Assembly (NCBI RefSeq): GCF_036321535.1
Contig: NC_087436.1
Location: forward strand, 59,460,001 to 59,524,000
From: Camelus dromedarius
Lineage: Eukaryota
Reading direction: 5' to 3'
DNA: 64,000 nt
This document shows, piece after piece, positions 1-12,200 of this stretch; position 1 is the first letter of the stretch; each line of letters starts with the position of its first letter. A program made the position numbers and the translations under genes. The notes beneath the pieces are model-generated. The model was not told the origin of the DNA. It did not search any database and worked only from the letters and a program-made list of their open reading frames with translations.

Positions 1-532
1 CAACAGAAGGAATAAGATGAAGATGCAGAAGAATGGAATAATAAACAAAAAAGATATCCTAGAGAAGGTGAGAACAAATTAAATTTAGAGCATAAATGAA
101 GAAACAGTCTTGACAAGAGGCACATGTCTTGCATTTAACAGGAGGGAAGACAGAAAATGCACAGAAACTTGGGTAGATTTATGGATTTGACTTCAGAAAG
201 ATGAAGAAGTTTCTGTTTTATAGCTTTTAGCTTTTATTTATGGTTAGTCTCCTCAGTTTGACCCTCACCATTTCTTAATATTTCAGAAGATTTTAAAGCT
301 TTTCTTAAATTAATAGGTATTCTTTTGATGTCTGTAAAAATGCCTTGGAAAAAAGGAAATACATATGTGAAATTATAGGGAGATAGCATGTATGACACAG
401 AAAAAGTAAATTTCCAAAAAGAAAAAGGCATTTTTCATTATTAGACAAAGTAAAGGAGAAAATAAATCATGATACAACAGAGATTCTGCAGAGTAGAAAT
501 AAGCATCTAGTGGGTCAGACTAAGGATGATAT

Positions 533-1097
533 TGTAGGGGAGCAAAATTGGACGCCCCAAAATGTGTCTTTTTGGCACAAGGATTAGTTTAGTCCGATTA
601 TTTTTGAGAAACTAAGATTCAGGAAGGTGTTTCTGTTACCTCCTCGTTAAGTGCCTAAAGATTTAGATAAAGGGCCTGTTCCCAGAATAGAGTTATCATC
701 AGAGATATCTGCAAAGAACACGGGCTAGTTATGCTGGGGGAAATTTGGCCGGGCTCAGAGATCGGACTCCATTATGTGACCCACTGTCTCTGCAGGGCTC
801 AGCCAACATTTTTCTACCAAACCTTTGCTTTTCTATCTCCATGTGAAATGCCTCCTCTCCTTTAAAGTCCCAAGCCACTACCGTCAACATCCTACTTTAA
901 CTAAAGATGCTGTTTAAGGTGAGGAGTCCAGCCAGTTTAATAAGCTATTTACTCAGTTTTCCTGGGTCTCTCCCTTGTGTACATGTTATTAAACTTTTGT
1001 TTGATATTCTCCTATTAATCTGTCTCATGTCAATTTAACTCTCAGACCAGCTAGAAAAACTTAAAAGGGCAGAGAAAACTTTCTTCCTCTCCAGCCA
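533..1097 (+). mobile_element. Solo LTR, ERV1 class (MER34/MER39-like)
   Basis: Starts TG (TGTAGGGGAGCAAAATTGGACGCCCCAAAATGTGTCTTTTTGGCACAAGGATTA), which resembles the recalled MER34-type 5' end. Has an ATTAAA signal near 988 and ends ...TTCTTCCTCTCCAGCCA. Confidence 0.75.
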
Positions 1098-1139
1098 TAT
1101 CATTTATTAATTTTTAAATGATTTATTTGTATTATAATC

Positions 1140-1370
1140 TGTTTTTAATCTTGTAATGGAAAATTCCAAGCATATGCAATAGTAGAATAGTATAATAAAT
1201 TCTTATTTGGCCATTACCCAGCTTCAATAATTACCAATTCATGAATAATATTATTTATCTGTATTCTCAACTATCTACTTTCTATATTATTTTGACAAGT
1301 CCTAGGTGTTACATTAATTCATCCATAAATATTTCAGCATTATTTCTAAAAGACAGGAATCTTAAAAATA
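1140..1370 (-). mobile_element. Ancient L1 (L1MC-like) 3' terminal fragment
   Basis: ATGGAAAATTCCAAGCATATGCAATAGTAGAATAGTATAATAAAT...CATTACCCAGCTTCAATAATT...CATAAATATTTCAGCAT resembles the reverse complement of L1MC4/5 3' ends. Confidence 0.6.
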
Positions 1371-1455
1371 GTTTTATTTGAATATCTTCAAAATATTTAT
1401 AACTTAATACTAAAAATATTAAAATTTTATTCCTTAGTTTTAGTGTTCACTTTTT

Positions 1456-1583
1456 TTTTTTTTTTGGTGGGGGGAGTGGTAGTTAGGTTTATTTTTTTTT
1501 ATTTTGATGGAGGCACTAGGGATTGAACCCAGGATCTCTTGCATGCTAAGCAGGCACTCTACCACTGAATTACACCCTCCCCC
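1456..1583 (-). mobile_element. tRNA-derived SINE (camelid vic-1-like) with poly(A) tail and TSD
   Basis: The minus strand reads GGGGAGGGTGTAATTCAGTGGTAGAGTGCCTGCTTAGCATGCAAGAGATCCTGGGTTCAATCCCTAGTGCCTCC, with a Pol III A-box and B-box (GGTTCAATCC), then an A-rich tail. The TSD AGTGTTCACTTTTT is at 1442-1455 and 1584-1597. Confidence 0.9.
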
Positions 1584-2139
1584 AGTGTTCACTTTTTAAA
1601 AATACTTTTAAGCACAAATTTCTATGATTCTATCCAAATATGGTCTTGTTCCTGAATTTCCTTTATTGGAAAATTTTCATTTATTCTAAACTCTATGTGT
1701 TGCTATTTCTTTAATTTTGATAATTTCTCTTTCCCCTTCAATGTTGTGTTCTGCTTTCTATCGTACAATTGTTTCTGAGTTTCAGTAAGAGACTAAAGCA
1801 ATAAAGGAAGATATAATTAACTATTCTGAAATATGTGAGGACTTAGCAAGAAGAGAGAGATAATTTGTTCTTTATCAATCCAAAAGACAAATATAGGATC
1901 ATTTAGATCAAAGTCATTGGAAAGCTGACCTCCCAAATTATATGTTCATCTCTGATATCTCAACTGAACTGTAGATTCATATTCTCAAAGTTCTTGACAT
2001 CTTCAAGTGGATATGTGGTGTGCAGCTCAAATTTATCTTGACCAACTCTTAGAATTACAGAATATTGTTTTAAGCCTCTAGGTTTCAGGATTTTTTTAAT
2101 GCTATAAAGGCTAATGGAAGCATATATTACTTAAGTAAT

Positions 2140-2338
2140 AAACATGAGCTCTGGGAAAAAACTGAGATTGAATGATGGTTTTGCTACTTAATAGCTATGT
2201 GATTTTAGGTGATTTATACACCCCTCTGAGCCCCTGTTTCCACATCTGCAAACTGGGGATTATGTTAGCATAGTACACAGAACAGTTAAAAAGGTTAAAT
2301 AAGCACTTAGAATTGTGCCTGACACAGAGCAGTACTAA
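2140..2338 (+). mobile_element. MIR SINE remnant
   Basis: MIR core CTCTGAGCCCCTGTTTCCACATCTGCAAACTGGGGAT and 3' part AAGCACTTAGAATTGTGCCTGACACAG. Confidence 0.75.
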
Positions 2339-3765
2339 AGAAAAATCAGGCATCAATATGTTTACACCATCCAATTTCAAATCTCTATAAAGCCGTTGTC
2401 ATTATCTGATATTTGTCTTATTATGTGTACTTGCTTATTTATTCACTACTATTTTTAAAAATTTATTTTTGATAATTTCTGACAATTAAGAGGCTTTAGA
2501 GAAATACAGGTTTAAAAAATTTTTTTTTCCCCTAAGTCTACTTCCATCAGAGTCAAGCTCCTAAAGGTAAAGAGCCCAGTCTGTGGAGCTCACTGATAGA
2601 ATTCGGACTCCCAGAACTCTGTCTGGAGTATGTCAACTGAAAAAAGGACTTTAGAGCAATTAAAAGTATATATATAAAAAAAAAAAAATCAGACCGCCTT
2701 GAAAGATAGAGACGATTCTTACATCAATGATGGGAGACTCTAAGGGTTGCTATAGTAAAGTTTTTTGCATTGGGTATATTGTACTATCATAAATTTACTT
2801 AAATTTTGAAAGACATTATAGGAGCCTTTTCAACTCTATATTCTATGATATCATTTGTGTTACCCTAAGAGTAAAGCATGCAATTAAAACAACCCTAAAT
2901 TCTAGACAGAAACACTCTTAGTTGTATCCTCACACTCTATCTCTGCTAGAGAAAATGTATAGAGAGTATGAGAAAACTTTGTTTTAAGGAATATGTGGAA
3001 GTGTCTGCCTAGGAATTTACTTCAGTTCTTAACTCTTAACATACTCCTTCAATTAGCATTTTTAGTATTTTACATGTAGCATTTTGTGTCTCTTGACAGA
3101 TGTCACAGTATGCTATGAATTATTTTACTAATTTATGAAAAATTTTCTGATGTTCATTTGTATCTTTTTATGAAGGACTAAAATAGGATTTAACTAGATG
3201 GCTTCCTCAGTAACAGGCTACATTAGAACATCACATGGGAACGGAGTGCAGTCACCAAAGGCAATCGATGTAAAAATGTGGTCTTCAGTCTCTAACAGTT
3301 ATTGCCACAAATGGTGTCACTTTCATTGAATAATTAATTTTCACTTGGAGGAAGGTGATGCTTGTATGGAATGCTCAAAATCCCCTCCTTATACAAACAT
3401 GATAAATAATTACTTATTTGAATTCCAAAAGGTGAAGATTTTATTTTTTTTAGACTGACTCAGACAAAGGGAATGTAAATATATTCTAATACCAAAAATA
3501 TAGGGTAATTAACAAGGTATAGCTTCTAAAAATTATCCTAAATCTGAAAATCAAAATAAAAGCTTAGAAAATAATTTTATTATTAAAGACCATTATTAAC
3601 TAATATCACTAATACGTTAAATCAAACATATTTGATATTTTGAGTATTATTTATAAAGCTATAACAAATTCTCTAAAATTAAATAGTCTTTTAATTTTCT
3701 CCTTCTCTATTATTTTTTCCTCATCATTATACTGTATTTTCAAATATCAAATGGTACAGTATAAG

Positions 3766-4685
3766 TGTGGGACATTGTGATTTATAAGAAATATATATAG
3801 TGATTTATAGGAAATGTGTGTCTGTGTGTGTGTCTATCTCAGATGGTCAAAATATATTAGGTCTTTATCCACAGTTTCTGGTTCATTGCTCCCAAAACCC
3901 TTGGTATTTCCTGAGTGATAGGAGACATAAGAGTATCATTTGTTATTTTTGGTTTCTTGTCGTTAGTTCCTGAAAATGCTTTCGAGTTTCAGAGCCATAA
4001 AGATGAGAGATGTTTTGTTTTACATAACAAGCCCTCTCCACCACAACCGGATTTACATAAATGAAAGTGACTTTTGCAAAGCACCTAAGGACAGGGGCTG
4101 GGTACCAGGGACATCTACCGTGAATAGAGGGTTGGTACTTTCAGTCTCACTCCATGAATTCCGGGGAGAGGAGAAAGGCTAAAGTGTGATTCACCAATGG
4201 CCAATGAGTTAATCAATCGTCTACATAATGAAGCCTCTGTAAAAACCCAAAAGGAAGGGGTTCGAGGCTCCAGGTGCCACCATGCCAGGCCCCAAGCACC
4301 ACAAGGACAGAAGCTCCTTTGACAGGGACCTCACCCTATGTATCTTTTCATCTGACTGTTGATTCATATGCTTTAAAATCCTTTGTAATCAATTGGCACT
4401 CTAGTGGGTAAATGGGCTTTCCTGAGTTCTGTGAGCTGTTCTAGCAAATTAACTGAACCCAAGGAAGAGGTAGTGGGACCCTCTCATTTGTAGCCAGTCA
4501 GAAGCACAGGTAACACCTGAGTTTATGACTGGCCTCTGAAGTGGAGGGTGGTCTTGAGGGAATGATCCCTTTACTTTTGGAATCCAATTCTATCTTCTTG
4601 TGTCTGAGAATTGCTTGGTGTTGTATGGGAAACTGTGTGCACCACCCCCATCCCCCAACACACACAGTGCAGCTGGGTCTCAGAG
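3766..4685 (+). mobile_element. LTR, MER21-like
   Basis: 5' end TGTGGGACATTGTGATTTATAAGAAATATATAT. Internal motifs CCAAAACCCTTGGTATTTCCTGAGTGATAGG, CACCAATGGCCAATGAGTTAATCAATC and CCTGAGTTCTGTGAGCTGTTCTAGCAAATT are typical of MER21. Confidence 0.8.
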
Positions 4686-5703
4686 CACCAAAAGGAGGAA
4701 AATAATTTGTTTAATTTGAAAAAAAGACCTGGTATCTAAATTAAAAAAAAATTCACATACACTATTAGGAATAAAGCATGATTTTTCAGTATTTCTGTAC
4801 ACCTGTGGAAGAACTATTTAAGAAGTCATTTCATTTTACAAATTCAGTAAGAAATATTTTACTTAATCCCAGGGCACATGTAATTTCTCCTCAGCTAACT
4901 TTACTCATGAATAAGAACTTTCTCCTTTCTCAAAACAAGAAGCTATAAAGGAAACTAGTCCCAATAGGCCAGCTAAAAAATAGTAGCTGGCAATTTATAC
5001 AAAAGGGTTTTAGGAAATCAATTGTGTCACTCTTAGTTTTAATCACTGTTCTTCTTGCCTATCACAAATCTATATTAGACCTTAGGTAACTGTTTAGTTT
5101 ATCATTTTCTAAAATTTAGTTTCCTAAGTTGTACTTATCAACTCTGCTCTTAAATGTGACTTCAAATTTTTGTGTTATTTTCTATGCATTCTGCCAGAGG
5201 TGTTGAAAGATAGCTTGTATTAATCAGAACACTTTGGGATTCCAATACTTCATTCCTAAGATCCCTACTGCAATGAATACATTTATACCCTTTTCTGGAT
5301 TCTTCTCTTTCCATCTTTTTTCTTTCTGCTTAAAACTTGTTAAAAGAAAAAATGCAAATCCCAGGTAGAACATTCAGAAATACTACTCAGTCTCTCATTA
5401 AAATTTGCTTCTTCCACAAATTAAAGAAATAAATCCTTCTCAAATGGCTGTTCTGAGGAAAGCATACGGCACTATGCCGAGCACAAAACAGACAATTAAT
5501 AGTGCTTGGATCATTTTCCCTATGTGCCTGTATTTAATCTCAAATCTAGCAATTTTATCTCCATTTCTGGCCATTTTCCCTAAGGTTTTCATCACATAAT
5601 GATAGATTTGCAAAAGGCTTACAAAGACACTCCTTTAACAGTATTTTTTCAACCTATCGCTACCTCTCCCAATCACTTTCTTTTCCCAAACTATTGCTTT
5701 AGT

Positions 5704-5706
5704 TTA

Positions 5707-5737
<31 letters not shown>

Positions 5738-5757
5738 GTTAAAAAAAGTTTAAAAAA
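5704..5757. repeat. A-rich low-complexity tract
   Basis: A long A run flanked by shorter A runs interrupted by GT/GTT. Confidence 0.9.
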
Positions 5758-6999
5758 TGGAGTAAGATCACTTGGGATTTAGCATATGGATGTTAACATG
5801 TGAAATGTTATATTTGTGTCCTAGAAAGTGCTTCAAACAATTTAACCAATCAGAATATATTTACAACAAAATACATTTGAATAGATTCATAGTACAAAGT
5901 AAAAATACTTGTCACCACACCATTTATTTGAATTTAACTTATTTATAATAAGGTAGACAAGCACTTTTTATAATAAATCCTTATAAATTGGTTGGAAAAA
6001 GGAGGAGACACCTAATCAGGTATCTGCTACTGAATCTTGGACGTGGTGAGTTTGCCTGGGTGTCACTTCCATTAACTGGCAATTTAATGTGGGAAAGAAT
6101 TTAATGAACACATAGAATCCCATGAGATCGGATTTGAAGTTTTGGAGGCCTCTTTGAAATGTGGCCTCGTGACTATTGCAGGGATTATCAAATATTTGGG
6201 ACTTGTGATTTCCAATATTATGATTTCCTAATCTTGTTCATTTATAATGAACTGATGACTGCTGTACACAATTAAAGACAGACTGTATCTTATAAGTTCA
6301 TAGTCATCAATGTAATACATAAGACCATTTTTTAAAAAAAGATTCAGATTTCATTAGTTATATTCTGAAATTGTAGAAATTAAGATACAGAGAAAATAAA
6401 TAATTTGCAGGAAATCATTCAAAAGAACAAAAACTCAATCTCAATTTCCTAAAGTCAGATAAGATAGTGATCATATAATAATATACACAAATCCACACAC
6501 AAATCCACACGTTTAAGACAGGAATTAGAAATTAGCAACGAAACACAGTTTTTGCATTTTTTATTTGGTGTTTTTAAATGTATCTCCATTAGTTTTATTC
6601 ATGGCAAATGGGATAAAGTGGCAGGAAAGAGCTAAAATAGCAATAGTAAAATTTTAGGAATAAATATAGGAAGATGAGAAGAAAAATGAAAGGAAGTCAG
6701 AAGTGAAGGCTAAGAAAAGGAGAAAAAAGGCAGAAGAAAGGGAGAAATGAGAGAGAAATAAAGGGGAAAGAAGACTTGGTTAAATTTTGTTAATAATTTC
6801 AAAAAGGCAAAGAAATCTCCTTGCCTATAATTCAATATTTGGAACACATTACAACTCTATGAAGGTGGTGAGAGGTTTTATAAGTGAACTAGGAGATGTT
6901 AATCTATACTTAGATGTTAGTCTATACTGACAAGAGGAAAAACAATATAAATAACTGCCTTCACACAGCACCCAGGGTCCCTACTCGTGAGTATCTTAC

Positions 7000-7960
7000 T
7001 TCTCAATTTTAGTTTACCTGACATCTCTTTATGATTAGTCTCAGATTCTGCACTTTTATTAGGTATATTACAAAAATGATGTCAAATTGTCACATTACTA
7101 GTGATGCTTTGTTTATGATGATGGTTTCAACAATCACTGCAGTTACCATTTCCCTTCGTAATTAACAAATAATTGTGGGGTGCTCTTTTGAGATTCTAAG
7201 ATTATTCTATTCTCAACATATTTTCACTGTCTAGTTAGCACCCATTGACAATTCTTACCTAAATAAATTATTGGTATATTGGTTGTCTGTCAAATAGTGA
7301 TTTTCAAATTCACCATTCCTTCTATATTTATTAGCAAGTGTTCTACTGTAAGGGTTTCCCTTCTCCCTGTTTAATTAATATTTATTTCTTTATGCAAATA
7401 GGGACTCAAGTGTTTTTATTTTATTCAATAGGTAATAATCTGTTATTATCAGTATTTGATGCTCAAATTTTCCTCTATTTGCTCCATGAAGACTCTTAAG
7501 GCTGACTCCTACCTTTTTTTTTTTTTTTCATCATCTTATGAGCACTGGTTTGTAAAACAAGGTGGTGTACAGACTCATCTTGAACTTTCACTACCCTGCC
7601 CCTATAACTAGAGATTCCTCCAAGTACCTCCAAGTCTTTGAGTAGAGAGTGGTATTTAAGAAATGGGTACTTGGTGAAAACATTGCTTCTGGATGTCATT
7701 GTTTTTGGTCCTCTCAAAAGCAAAGCTAGGTGTATGTAGAACCCCACACACAGACAGACATCCATCTACCTAAATATTTTTCCTATCTATTCAAAACCAA
7801 AAGTTCGTATCAATGCCTGCAAGTCCAACCCAACACCACAGACGTCAATCTGTCAATCTGCCTTCACTAGTTCCATATTTGTAAATCTCTTCTCTAACAG
7901 TGAGAAATCAATGCCCATTATCAATACATTTATTTGCTTGCACATATCCTGTGTAACTTA
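7000..7960 (-). mobile_element. Ancient L1 (L1MC4-like) 3'UTR fragment
   Basis: Motifs CCATTCCTTCTATATTTATTAG, TGATGCTCAAATTTTCC, GTGGTATTTAAGAAA and GTCCTCTCAAAAGCAAAGCTAGG resemble the antisense L1MC 3'UTR. Confidence 0.65.
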
Positions 7961-9289
7961 ATCTCTGACTCCATCACTTGTTTCCTCACTCCAATGAATG
8001 ACTCCTCAGGCCCACTGAGGATCACAACTGAACCCTCTTTGTTCCTGGCTCATCAGACCTTACTTCAAAAGAATGGAAGGGAAGGGAAAGGGACTGGAAT
8101 GGAAGAAGAAAAGAATAAAACCAATTAATTTTTTTTTAAGAAAAGAAAGGACAATAGAAGAAGAGAAAGAGGAAGAACAAGAGCAAAAACTTTTACTTGA
8201 ATAACAACACCCAGGACTCTTCACTCTTTTAAATAAAATTTGAAATAGCATAGTTTAGCTTCAGTATGCTAGTGAATTTGTTTCAAACATAGATGAGCCC
8301 CCAACCCAATCAGGCAGCAAGGATTCTATCCCCAAGAAATACAAACCTACAGCTAATAAACTTCCTAACAGGAACTTATTTCAGTATACATTTTCTTATT
8401 AACTGTTGACCTAGAATGTATAAAAAACTAAGAGTAAAAGAGCCCTAAGTCTCTAAAAGGTCATGTATTTTAAGGTCATGAGTAGTTTTATTTTCCCCCC
8501 TTTTAGATATGAAATCATCTGTTCCAAACCAAAAGTTCTATCTCAGCTTAAATCTAACTACTTTCACAAAACTGTCTCAATACTGGAAGAAATGTTTAGA
8601 TGCTGCTTTGAAATGAGCTCCCAAAGCCAGTAGTTACCCCAAGGGAAGACATCAGTGTAATTGCCTATATATGTCTGCTCCACTTGACTGTGAACTCCTT
8701 GATGGCAGGGAGGTTCATCTCACTCATTTTTATATTGCAACACAAACAGAGGGCTTAGAAGGAAAAAAAGGTGTTTGATAAATATCTACCCATAGAGTGA
8801 ATCATTTCTTCAGACCTCATTCGGGTTTCAGGAAAATTGTGAAATCAATCTAAAGTTAGAGGGAGTTCTCTACTGCTATAATGTTAGCATTTACATGGCC
8901 TAGTGTCAGTTTCCTAATTTAGATTCAGCGCTGCATTATTCACATGTTTACATTAATGCCCTCTATGACCTTTTATACACTGTAAGAACCCTTATTCATC
9001 TTACATTTGTCTGTTTTTTAATTGATTTCCTAAATTAACAAACTATACGCCAGTTACCCTTGAACGTCATTTTGTTTATAGTCACCAAGGTCATTTAAAC
9101 AATGCAAAATTCATTTCTCTAATAGAACAACAAACCAATTTAAACTTCTGTCACTTTTCAGAATGATGAATTTATCTCTTACTCATTTCCCAGATCCTTC
9201 TGAAGTAAGGTATTAGAATGCACTCGGCTTTCAGTCTGAGAAGAGCCAGCAATTGTTTGTTATTCTACATTCAGCTCTGCTGTGTAAAA

Positions 9290-9445
9290 AGCTTCAGTAT
9301 CTGGTATCTTTTTAAATCTTTAACACAGCATATAAACTCAGTATTTTCATCCTCATTTTCAAGTTGAGATATATGAGCTCAGATATTTTCAGTGATTTAT
9401 CCAAAATCACAGAGCCAGCAAGTGGCTGAATGGCTGTTCTATCTC
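9290..9445 (-). mobile_element. MIR remnant
   Basis: CATCCTCATTTTCAAGTTGAGATATATGAGCTCAGA...GTGATTTATCCAAAATCACAGAGCCAGCAAGTGGC matches the antisense MIR core. Confidence 0.6.
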
Positions 9446-9502
9446 AGTGTACCAACTCTATCGTGTTTGTTGTTCCTCTCACGCTCCTACCCCATTGTTT
9501 CC

Positions 9503-10114
9503 ACAGCTTTTTCTTGGAAATGTTTCACAACTACTGGAAAGTTAAAAGAACTAGTTCAATGATCATTGTCTAGATTCACCCATTGTTACTACTCGCTTTA
9601 TCTCTTACTCTGTATCTGATTATTTTTTTCAAATCTCTCTCTAGAGAGATACAGACAAATACATACATGTACAGTTTTTTTTTTCCTTTTGCTGAACCAT
9701 CTGAAAGTAGTTGCACACGTGATACATGCTGAACTATTTAAGTGTGAAGTATCTCCTAAGAAAAAGGATATTATCTGTTGCTTGTATACATACCACCTAT
9801 GTAATGTTCTTGCCACAAATAGACTGAATCCAATGATGAGGAAACTATGAGACAGAGCCAGATTGAGACATGTTCTACACAACAACAGAGCTGGAATCTT
9901 CAAAAATATTAACATCAGGGATATATAAAGGTGGGAAGGACTATTTAGATGAAGGGAGATTAAAGTACCACGAAAACTAAATATAATACATGAGTCTTAA
10001 CTAGAGCTCACACTGAAAAAATAAAATTAAAATAGCTACAAATGACATTTTGAGGACAGTCAGGAAAATCTGAATATGGGTGGTATATTAGATGTTATTA
10101 TTCTGTTATTCACA
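9503..10114 (-). mobile_element. Ancient L1MC-like 3' fragment with an inverted 5' segment
   Basis: About 9503-9785 is the L1MC 3' terminus on the minus strand (CTGAACCATCTGAAAGTAGTTGCA, CCTAAGAAAAAGGATATT). About 9788-10100 is the next-upstream 3'UTR segment on the plus strand (CTGAATCCAATGATGAGGAAAC...GAAAATCTGAATATGGG). Candidate TSD CCATTGTTTC at 9492-9501 and 10115-10124. Confidence 0.6.
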
Positions 10115-11199
10115 CCATTGTTTCAGAACCAAAGTAAGTGTCTCTTAAGCACTGTTTTCTTTAAAACATGTGTACACATTCAGATCCACAAGAATTATGT
10201 GTTTGTTTTCTCTAATATACATACACAAATATACATATCCACAAGAATTACTCATTTTTATTATTTTTGTAAATATGGTATGTGAATGTCTATTTCATGT
10301 CTTTTCATGATGTATCAGAGTTTTAGATAGAGGTATGGAAAGAAAATTAGGTATATAAAATATTTTAACTGAAATGATATGCTTAAATAATAACTGAGAG
10401 CAACTTAATTCCCGCAACTTTTTATCTTATGTTCAGATCTTTAACTAGTCATTATTAACATTAGCAATTCATATAAAAAATTGATTATTTCCTTTCCAAT
10501 AGTGGGAAAATAGGTAAGTGCCTCTCTTGCAACATGCAAGGCTTTTTTAGTCAGCTGTTCAGTCATATACCAAGTAAGCCTTTGAAAGGATCAGAGAGGT
10601 ATGGATTAATTGAGACTATTAAACATATTAAATTTATTTTGTGATAGAATTTTAGATACATTGTATAAAATATTACGCAATGTAAAGATGAAAAGCTATA
10701 TGAAAGAGACAGACAGAAGTCACCAAGAGGACTAAGAAGGAAAGAAGCTACAAAGGAAAGAAAAAAAGCAGATCACCATGATAAATCTTTAGGAAAGACA
10801 AGAACCTGTTCAGGTATAAAACAGTTTCCTTTATCTAGTCTTTCTCTGTACTGCTAGCATACTCTTAATTTTTCTTAAATGATAAGTATTCAAAGTGTTT
10901 GTTAAAACTATATACCTGAGACGAGTTAGAGCTCTGTTTATATTGTCAGCAAACCTTTATTAAAATAATTATTCATAAAACATTTCTTGAACTGAATTTA
11001 AAGAGGTATTGAAAAAAGACAACATATAAAGAATAAATTCACTTCTAAGGAAAACCTTCATGTCTAGAATTTTAAAGTTCCTAATCAATACAGTTTCTAG
11101 TTAAGTTTCTCAATGCAGATGAAAGAGAATGGATTCATCATTTTCTCAAGGTAATGATCAGCGTACCAGCAAGCACATAGTAACCATTTCTCCCTATTC

Positions 11200-12200
11200 T
11201 ACTCTTGTTTTTATCAGCTCAGTTAATGATATTACTAAATTTCCATTTTCAACCCTGGGGTTATCTCATGTCTAAGAGACCACTGGTGATGTCTGTGCTT
11301 TATCTGAAATTCTTCTTTACCCATCACTCTGCCCACTAATTTTCATTCCACGCCTTAGTTTACATTTCCGTTTTCTCTTACATTATTATTGCATTAAACT
11401 CTTAAGACTTCTTAGTTTCTAGACTTTACATCCTCTAACTTATCCAAAACTCTATTTCCATAGTTAGTTCTCTAAAATGCAGCCCTCATCTTGTTATTTC
11501 TTAGTCAGACATAGCTGGTTATCCTTCTCCCAATTTCTTCCTTGCTAATATAACCATGATTTTGTTCAGTATCAGGTGGCGTCTTATATTGGGAAATATG
11601 GGAATCACAATTTCAATCCCGTATTAGTGATCATTTTTTAAACAGATTTATGGAAGGATTTTGGCCATTGACACAAGAGGAGGGGGTCTATTGGGTAAAA
11701 TTTCTAGGCAATGTTCTTAATAAAGTACATGAGAGAGAAAAGCTTAAACCTCTACTTTGGGACACTTGACTGTGAATGTGATGCTTGAAATTAATTCAAC
11801 CACACAGAAATAATGAGGGAAAAGAAATGCAACTAAGTGGAGTTAAAGGAATGTTTTCACGGAATGATTCAGTTTACCATTCCCAAATCCACCTTATCCC
11901 TACACCTTCTTGTTGTATAAGATAATACATGTCCTAGTGTCTCTTTCAGTCAGGTCTTCCTCTATTACTTGAAACATAAATAAATCATTCTATTCAGAAT
12001 TCCTGGTGATGTCCCTGAGAAAATTCACAATGTTGGGTATAGAATACAAAGCATTTAAAATCATCACAGTCTGGGTCTAGGCTAACTTTGCTTTCACACA
12101 GTGGCTTTCCCCTTAGCCTTCTATCCAGAGAACATTCAGAAATTTGGAGTTACAGGTCCTTTCACTTCTCTGTCTTCTGTACTCTAACCTGAGTAAACAG
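11200..12200 (+). mobile_element. L2 remnant interrupted by a MaLR LTR
   Basis: Pyrimidine-rich degraded L2-type sequence (TTCTCTAAAATGCAGCCCTCATCTTG; AGAATACAAAGCATTTAAAATC) on both sides of the LTR at about 11505-11975. Confidence 0.45.
11505..11975 (+). mobile_element. MaLR LTR (MLT1-like)
   Basis: TTCTTCCTTGCTAATATAACCATGATTTTGTTCAG near the 5' end, TGTGAATGTGATGCTTGAAA internally, and CTTCTTGTTGTATAAGATAATAC...TTACTTG near the 3' end, similar to MLT1 elements. Confidence 0.55.

Noticed and set aside
1510..1583. tRNA-like sequence with A and B boxes
   Set aside because: It is the SINE head, followed by an A-rich tail and flanked by a TSD, not a tRNA gene.
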